Assembly: GCF_046154385.1 (NCBI RefSeq)
Contig: NZ_JBJXFW010000006.1
Location: 38,705-102,704 of the forward strand
Origin: Sphingorhabdus sp.
Lineage (GTDB): Bacteria; Pseudomonadota; Alphaproteobacteria; Sphingomonadales; Sphingomonadaceae
Direction: 5' to 3'
Length of the DNA stretch: 64,000 bases
Part shown: positions 58,492 to 64,000 of the stretch, one piece after another
Numbering within the stretch: the stretch's first letter is position 1
Layout of the letters: every line of letters begins with the position of its first letter
Translations under genes and position numbers: made by a program
The notes under the pieces: generated by a model
Database searches by the model: none
What the model saw: the letters and a program-made list of their open reading frames with translations, nothing else
Told to the model about the DNA's origin: nothing

Positions 58492-59579
58492 TGCGCGCGC
58501 TGCTTATCCTCCTCGCCATGCTATTTTCATCCGCTGCACATGCAGAACGGATAAAAGATATGGGGCAATTCGAAGGCCTGCGGGCGAACCAGCTCACCGG
58601 CTATGGCGTAGTTGTCGGCCTCGCCGGAACCGGTGACGACAGCCTCGATTATGCGACGCAGGGCGTGAAAGGCGCTATTTCCCGCTTTGGTGTCAACCTT
58701 CCCGCCGGCATCAACCCGGCGCTCAAGAACGCGGCGGCGGTCGTTGTCACGGCAGAATTGCCGCCTTTTGCCAAACCGGGTCAACGTCTTGACGTCACGG
58801 TATCGGCTTTGGGTAAAGCAAAGTCGCTACGAGGCGGCACGCTGGTAATGGCCCCGCTTTACGGTGCCGATGGGCAGATTTATGCGATGGCGCAGGGCAA
58901 TCTGGTTGTGGGCGGTCTGGGCGTTGATGCCGCGGACGGTTCCAAACTATCCGTCAACATTCCGTCCGCCGGCCGCATCGGCAGCGGCGCAACCGTTGAA
59001 CGCAGCGTGGATACAGGCTTTGCCCAAAGCCCGCATTTAACGTTTAACCTGGCGCAACAAGATATCAGCAACGCCGGATTGGTTGCCGATGCCATCAACC
59101 GGCAATTGGGTAGCGATGTTGCCCAACCCGTTGATGGCGCATCGATCCGCATAAATGCGCCCACCGGCGGTGAATCCCGTATTCGCATGATGGGGGTCAT
59201 CGAAAATATCGAAATCAAGAAGGCACAGCCACCGGCGCGCGTTATCGTCAACGCCCGAACCGGAACAGTCGTTATCAACGGCGCTGTCAGAGTAGGACCG
59301 GCGGCGGTGAGTCATGGCAAGCTGACGGTTAAAGTTGATGAGAACCCCACGGTGGTTCAACCCGCACCGTTTAGCCGGGGTGAAACTGCACTCGAACCGG
59401 CAAGCGATATCGCCATTCAGGAAAACACAAACCCCGCCTTTTTATGGGACAAGGGTGCCTCGCTCTCTGATATCGTAACGGCAATCAACAAGCTGAATGT
59501 ATCCCCCGGCGATCTTGTCGCCATTTTGGAAGCATTATCGCAAGCGGGCGCATTGAGTGCAGAGCTGGTGGTGATATGA
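58491..59579 (+). CDS. flgI: Flagellar P-ring protein FlgI
   Basis: Signal peptide, then ERIKDMGQFEGLRANQLTGYGVVVGLAGTGD... and ARVIVNARTGTVVING.... Confidence 0.95.
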   Translation: MRALLILLAMLFSSAAHAERIKDMGQFEGLRANQLTGYGVVVGLAGTGDDSLDYATQGVKGAISRFGVNLPAGINPALKNAAAVVVTAELPPFAKPGQRLDVTVSALGKAKSLRGGTLVMAPLYGADGQIYAMAQGNLVVGGLGVDAADGSKLSVNIPSAGRIGSGATVERSVDTGFAQSPHLTFNLAQQDISNAGLVADAINRQLGSDVAQPVDGASIRINAPTGGESRIRMMGVIENIEIKKAQPPARVIVNARTGTVVINGAVRVGPAAVSHGKLTVKVDENPTVVQPAPFSRGETALEPASDIAIQENTNPAFLWDKGASLSDIVTAINKLNVSPGDLVAILEALSQAGALSAELVVI

Positions 59580-59893
59580 CACCTCTCGTTAGCCTTTCAA
59601 AACCAGTCGTGCCGTCGACAAAGCCCGATCCGGCGCTCCGCAAGGCTGCCGAAGCGTTCGAGGCGGTCATGCTGCGCCAGATGATGGCGAGTATGCGGCA
59701 GGCCAAGCTTGGCAAAGATGTATTCGGTTCCAGCGCGACCGATAATTTTCGCGAGATGTCGGATGCAAAACTTGCCGACAATATGGCTGGCCTTCGGCAA
59801 TTCGGCATTGCCGATATGGTCGAACGGCAATTGGCAAAAACGTCAGCTAGTCCTGCCCCCGTGCAGGTTGAACACAAAGGAAACACAAGATGA
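59576..59893 (+). CDS. flgJ: Rod-binding protein (FlgJ N-terminal domain only, no muramidase)
   Basis: AAEAFEAVMLRQMMASMRQA is the Rod_binding motif. 105 aa, the single-domain form usual in alphaproteobacteria. Confidence 0.8.
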   Translation: MTPLVSLSKPVVPSTKPDPALRKAAEAFEAVMLRQMMASMRQAKLGKDVFGSSATDNFREMSDAKLADNMAGLRQFGIADMVERQLAKTSASPAPVQVEHKGNTR

Positions 59894-61224
59894 GCGACCT
59901 TCTCGCCATCGGTGCATCGGGCATCAAGGCATATGGCCAGGCGCTATCGGTTGTCGGCGATAACATCGCCAACGCCCAGACCGAAGGCTATGTGCGCCGC
60001 AGCGTAAGACTGTCCGAAGCGCCATCAGGCGGGGACATCGTCCTTTCACGTAACAGTATCCGGCCGGGCGGAGTCATTGCGGCCGGGGTTACCCGGTCGA
60101 TCGATATGTGGCTGGTCGACGATGCACGCGTTGCAGGTGGCGAAGCATCACGGCAAAGCGCAAAGCTGGATTGGGTGACTGCAACCGAGTCTGTACTCGC
60201 AGATGGCGGTGCAGGGATCGGCAATTCAGTCACTTCAGTATTCACCGCCGCCGAACAACTCAGTGGCAACCCCGGTAGCGATACGTTACGCCGCCAATTC
60301 TTGTCATCCGTCGATGAAAGCGCGGCCAATTTCCGTCGCACCGCGAGTGCGCTCGGCTCCGCAGCCGCAGGTGTCGCGACCGAAGCCCAAGGCGCAGCAA
60401 CGCAGCTAAATTCTGACCTATCGGCTTTGGCACGCATCAACGACGGCTTGCGCCGCGCGCGCGCCGGATCGAGCAACGAAGCAACCTTGCTAGATGAACG
60501 CGATCGCCTTGTCGGCAATCTATCCAATGCGACCGATGTTGTCGTATCTTATGATGCCAGAGGCGCAGCCATTGTCCGCACACCATCGGGCGATGCGTTG
60601 GTCGATGGTGCGACGACGGCAACCATCTCCGTGACCGTTGCCGCCAATGGCACAATTGGTTTTGGAATCAACCCGAGCGCAACCGGCGTTTTAATACCAG
60701 GATCAGGAACATTGGCCGGGCTGCAAGATGCGGCCGACCATATCGCCGGTCAACGCACGGCACTGGACACGCTTGCCTCGCAATTTGCCACAGAACTGAA
60801 TGCCGCCCATCAAGCCGGTACGGATGCCAATGGTAATCCGGGTGCCGCTTTGCTCAACTTTAACGGAGGCGCTGCCGCAATGGTTGCGGTTGCTCTGGCT
60901 CCCGATGATGTCGCGGCTGCAAACGGGTCGAGCTTGAACGGCAATGTCCTTTCAATGAACAATCTGCGGGGCGCAGGTGGCATAGAGCAGAATATTTCCG
61001 CAATGATTGCGGCGCAGGCGCAAACAACCGCAGCCGCCCGAGCACAGGAGGCCGCCGCCAGCAGCCGACGGGATGGATCATTTGCCGCGCGCGATGCGAT
61101 AGGCGCGGTCGATCTTGATCGTGAAGCTGCCGAGTTGCTTCGGTTCCAACAGGCGTATGAAGCGGCGGCCCGCACTATTCAGGTTGCCCGTGAAACCATG
61201 CAATCGCTTTTGAACATATTTTAA
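59890..61224 (+). CDS. flgK: Flagellar hook-associated protein 1 FlgK
   Basis: N-terminus SDLLAIGASGIKAYGQALSVVGDNIANAQTEGY. C-terminus DLDREAAELLRFQQAYEAAARTIQVARETMQSLLN. Confidence 0.9.
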   Translation: MSDLLAIGASGIKAYGQALSVVGDNIANAQTEGYVRRSVRLSEAPSGGDIVLSRNSIRPGGVIAAGVTRSIDMWLVDDARVAGGEASRQSAKLDWVTATESVLADGGAGIGNSVTSVFTAAEQLSGNPGSDTLRRQFLSSVDESAANFRRTASALGSAAAGVATEAQGAATQLNSDLSALARINDGLRRARAGSSNEATLLDERDRLVGNLSNATDVVVSYDARGAAIVRTPSGDALVDGATTATISVTVAANGTIGFGINPSATGVLIPGSGTLAGLQDAADHIAGQRTALDTLASQFATELNAAHQAGTDANGNPGAALLNFNGGAAAMVAVALAPDDVAAANGSSLNGNVLSMNNLRGAGGIEQNISAMIAAQAQTTAAARAQEAAASSRRDGSFAARDAIGAVDLDREAAELLRFQQAYEAAARTIQVARETMQSLLNIF

Positions 61225-61236
61225 GGTGAGGCCGAA

Positions 61237-62067
61237 ATGATCAACGCAACCGGCAACCGGATGACCCAGGAAATCCAAAGGCAGTCGCGCATGGCGCAAC
61301 AGATTGCCGAAAAGCAGATACAAATTTCGACAGGCCGTCGGTTGCAACGGGCATCGGATAATCCGGTGGCTACTGCACGGGTCACAGATCTGGCCCGATC
61401 ACAGGCCAACGACACGGCGCGCGCCGCGAATATCAACCTCGGCATTACCATGACGGCACAGGCCGACGGCAGCTTGCGTCAGATGTCAGGTTTGCTGGCG
61501 CGCGCCAAAGAACTGACATTGGTTGGTGCAAACGGCGCTACCTCAGCGGCGGACAGAGGCTCCATAGCAATCGAGCTTACAACAATTGCCGACGAAATCG
61601 ACGCGATGGCTGCGGCTAAATCGGCCACGGGCCAGCCATTGTTTGCGACCGGTGCCAATATGCCGATACGTTTCGACGACAACGCAACCTTTGCACCCGT
61701 CCCGACTCGCGCAGAGGCATTTGATGTAGCCGGTGTTTCGATATCGCAAATCATCCGGGATACCGCCGCGGCAGTAACAGCCGGTAACGCCGCACAAATC
61801 GGTCTTTCAAATACCGCGGTAGATAGTGCCATAAACCATACGGCCGATATGGCAGCAGCGGTCGGTATAAATGCCGCCCGACTGGAACGCATAAATGACG
61901 ACCGCGAATTGCGTTCAATCAGTATCCGGGCCGAGCGATCGGCACTTGAAGATACCGACTTAAGTGCAGCGATAGCCGAATTGAATGGCATGACATTGAC
62001 ATTGGAAGCCGCCCAAGCCGCATTCGCCCGCATCAACCGACGGACGTTGATGGACATTCTGAACTAG
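61237..62067 (+). CDS. flgL: Flagellar hook-associated protein 3 FlgL
   Basis: Flagellin-like termini: ISTGRRLQRASDNPVATAR... and ...DTDLSAAIAELNGMTLTLEAAQAAFARI. Confidence 0.88.
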   Translation: MINATGNRMTQEIQRQSRMAQQIAEKQIQISTGRRLQRASDNPVATARVTDLARSQANDTARAANINLGITMTAQADGSLRQMSGLLARAKELTLVGANGATSAADRGSIAIELTTIADEIDAMAAAKSATGQPLFATGANMPIRFDDNATFAPVPTRAEAFDVAGVSISQIIRDTAAAVTAGNAAQIGLSNTAVDSAINHTADMAAAVGINAARLERINDDRELRSISIRAERSALEDTDLSAAIAELNGMTLTLEAAQAAFARINRRTLMDILN

Positions 62068-62091
62068 GGCGAAATTGAATGTTGCTCAAAT

Positions 62092-62426
62092 CCCTCCACT
62101 AAGAGGAAGATTGGGGTCGCTTGAGGGAGCAACGGTGCTAATTGAGTGAATTTAGCGTCACTGTCACCCTGAACTTGTTTCAGGGTCCATCATGAAGCCT
62201 CGACCGTCGCGCGATAAGAAGCGCACCCCTAAGTCATGACTTGTCTTGGTACAAGAAAGGCAGGATTGGGCTGACCAATGGGCCCTGAAACAAGTTCAGG
62301 GTGACGTGGTGCAGAATTGGAAGTCAAGTTTAACGCGCAACCTTTTCTTACCCATTCATCTTTGTGCGAATTCTGCAGCGAAGTAGAAAATCGCAGTTCT
62401 TCCTCCCACTCGAAAAAACGAAAAAC
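62092..62426. repeat. MITE-like element, copy 3 (family A)
   Basis: Core arms GTCACCCTGAACTTGTTTCAGGGTCC (62163-62188) and GCCCTGAAACAAGTTCAGGGTGAC (62282-62305). The interior shares CAGGGTCCATC...ATGAAGCCT with copy 1. Purine-rich and pyrimidine-rich outer flanks. Lies between flgL and motA. Confidence 0.8.
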
Positions 62427-62493
62427 TGCTTAATATCCGGTTGCTCCTGCCGTTTACCATGATTGTAAGACGCGTATAGGGGCCAATCATTTC

Positions 62494-63357
62494 ATGTTTG
62501 CAGTTGTCGGTATCATCGTCCTCTTGGTCATGGTGTTTGGTGGATTCGCCCTCACAGGTGGCAACCTGGCACCTGTCATGCATGCCCTGCCGCATGAAAT
62601 GCTGATTATCGGCGGAGCCTGTATGGGCGCTTTGATCATCGGAAACTCAGCGAAGGAATTGAAGGCGTTGGGTGGCGGTCTGGCCAAGGTTTTCAAAGGA
62701 CCGCAATATGGCAAGCAAGATTATCTCGATTGCATTTTCCTCGTGTCAAAGCTGATGAAAATGCTGAAGACCGAAGGCCCGGTTGCGGTTGAACCCCATA
62801 TTGAGGACCCGGCCAGTTCCTCATTGTTCAGCGAATATCCCAAATTGTTAAAGGACAAGACTCTCGTCCACCTGATCTGCGACACGTTGCGGCTGGTTGT
62901 TGTGTCATCGGGAACACTTGACCCCCATGCCGTTGAAGAAGTGATGGATAACAGCATCAAGAACCATCACCATCATGTCGTAAAACCTGCCGAAGGTCTC
63001 CAAGGGCTTGCCGACGCGTTGCCGGCGCTCGGGATTGTTGCTGCTGTGTTGGGCGTCGTCAAAACGATGGGATCAATCGACAAGCCGCCTGCCATTTTGG
63101 GCGGTATGATTGGCTCTGCATTGGTTGGAACCTTTTTGGGCGTGTTGCTGGCCTATGGACTTGTCGGTCCCTTCGCCAACCGGGCCAAACAGGTAATCGA
63201 GGCGGATGCCGCCATCTATCATGTCGTCAAGCAGATGATCATAGCATCGCTGCACGGCCATCCGCAGCCATTGGTAATCGAGGCCGCCCGTTCGGGTATC
63301 GAACATAGCAACCAGCCGAGCTTTGCCGAAGTATTTGACGGTATGCGGGGGCGGTAA
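62494..63357 (+). CDS. motA: Flagellar motor stator protein MotA
   Basis: 287 aa, four TM segments, ...ALPALGIVAAVLGVVKTMGS...MIGSALVGTFLGVLLAYGLVGP.... Followed by motB with a TAATG overlap. Flagellar context. Confidence 0.92.
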   Translation: MFAVVGIIVLLVMVFGGFALTGGNLAPVMHALPHEMLIIGGACMGALIIGNSAKELKALGGGLAKVFKGPQYGKQDYLDCIFLVSKLMKMLKTEGPVAVEPHIEDPASSSLFSEYPKLLKDKTLVHLICDTLRLVVVSSGTLDPHAVEEVMDNSIKNHHHHVVKPAEGLQGLADALPALGIVAAVLGVVKTMGSIDKPPAILGGMIGSALVGTFLGVLLAYGLVGPFANRAKQVIEADAAIYHVVKQMIIASLHGHPQPLVIEAARSGIEHSNQPSFAEVFDGMRGR

Positions 63358-64000
63358 TGGCCAGAGCAAACGAACCCGTTCGCCCGGTAATCGTCAAGAA
63401 GATCTATGAGGCACCGCATGGCGGGCATCATGGCGGTGCCTGGAAGGTGGCATATGCCGACTTTGTGACCGCAATGATGGCGTTCTTTCTACTCATGTGG
63501 CTGCTCGGTGCGACCACGGAAAAGCAACGCAAGGCCTTGGCCGACTATTTCTCGCCGACTTTGGTGTCGAGCAAACAGGACAGTGCAGGTTCAACAAGCT
63601 TCTTTGGCGGGGATTCGATCACTTCGGTCGACAAATATCCGCACCGCGCAGGACAAACCGGTACCCGCAGCATGACCATCCCGCGCGATGCGACCGGTGG
63701 CCCCAAAGAAGCGTCCGGAATTGGCAAGGACCGGCAAAAATTCCAGGAAGTCCGCAAGACGTTGCTGACCAAGTTGATGGAACGCAAAGAGGTAAGGCGC
63801 ATCGCAAAAAGCCTGCGCTTTAGCGAAACCCGCGATGGACTGCGGATTGATATGGTCGATGAAGCCAATTTTTCGATGTTTATATCGGGCACCGATATTT
63901 TGACACCTGATGCCATCAAGCTGTTGGGGGACGTCGGTGCGAGCATTTCGGACCTGCCAAATGGCCTTATCATTCGCGGGCATACTGACGCGCAGCCCAC
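63357..64000 (+). CDS. motB: Flagellar motor stator protein MotB, partial (3' end beyond window)
   Basis: My own translation from ATG 63357: MARANEPVRPVIVKKIYEAPHGGHHGGAWKVAYADFVTAMMAFFLLMWLL..., the canonical MotB plug/TM with the conserved Asp. Later ...LIIRGHTDAQP begins the OmpA-like domain. Not in the ORF track because there is no stop in the window. Confidence 0.9.
   Translation, partial: MARANEPVRPVIVKKIYEAPHGGHHGGAWKVAYADFVTAMMAFFLLMWLLGATTEKQRKALADYFSPTLVSSKQDSAGSTSFFGGDSITSVDKYPHRAGQTGTRSMTIPRDATGGPKEASGIGKDRQKFQEVRKTLLTKLMERKEVRRIAKSLRFSETRDGLRIDMVDEANFSMFISGTDILTPDAIKLLGDVGASISDLPNGLIIRGHTDAQP

Noticed and set aside
62427-62493. Sigma-28 (FliA) promoter upstream of motA (…TAAGacgcgtatagggGCCAATCA…).
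   Set aside because: There is only a partial match to TAAA-N15-GCCGATAA, and the spacer length is wrong.
62494-64000. MotA/MotB (and TolQ/TolR at 26441..27591) as possible Zorya-type or other MotAB-derived defence stators.
   Set aside because: The proteins are of canonical size and sequence. They are embedded in flgB-L and ybgC-tolAB-pal contexts respectively, with no ZorC/D-like or nuclease partners.

Overview
This 64-kb chromosomal window comes from a moderately GC-rich alphaproteobacterium. GTTC-N7-GTTC SOS boxes, gapR, an imuA-imuB-dnaE2 cassette, a large TonB-dependent receptor and GC-rich hairpin repeats suggest Sphingomonadales, but that is inference only. No rRNA, tRNA, CRISPR array, transposase or integrase was seen.

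Most of the window is housekeeping: gyrB (partial), an acyl-CoA ligase, coaD-ispA-xseB, rpoZ, ftsH, queA, pyk, gapR, yebC-ruvC-ruvA...ruvB, ybgC-tolQRAB-pal, gloA-gloB, cysD-cysNC-cysQ, an Fnr-like regulator, metXW, and a flagellar block flgBCDEFGHIJKL-motAB (motB runs off the 3' edge).

The unusual parts are:
1. An AT-richer orphan gene with an R-N-x3-H (HEPN-like) motif sits between gapR and ybjQ.
2. A parD-parE-GFA insertion splits ruvA from ruvB. It is chained by overlapping stop/start codons and lies downstream of a LexA box.
3. A 9.3-kb, visibly more GC-rich segment carries dnaE2-imuB-imuA, a PLD-family gene, an exported hypothetical and a twice-frameshifted trimeric-autotransporter adhesin. 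It is bracketed by two about 250-280-bp composite repeats in inverted orientation.
4. Two dispersed intergenic repeat families are present: a nested-palindrome MITE-like element and a GC-rich triple-hairpin element.
5. A DUF3800 gene lies immediately downstream of ftsH.
6. A tight DUF898-M48 peptidase-DUF6356-hydrolase operon follows tol-pal.
7. A TPR-sulfotransferase next to a TonB receptor occurs in the same window as a PAPS-synthesis cluster.
8. FlgD and FlgE are unusually short.

All functional calls rest on motif and sequence recognition by eye. No database search was run.
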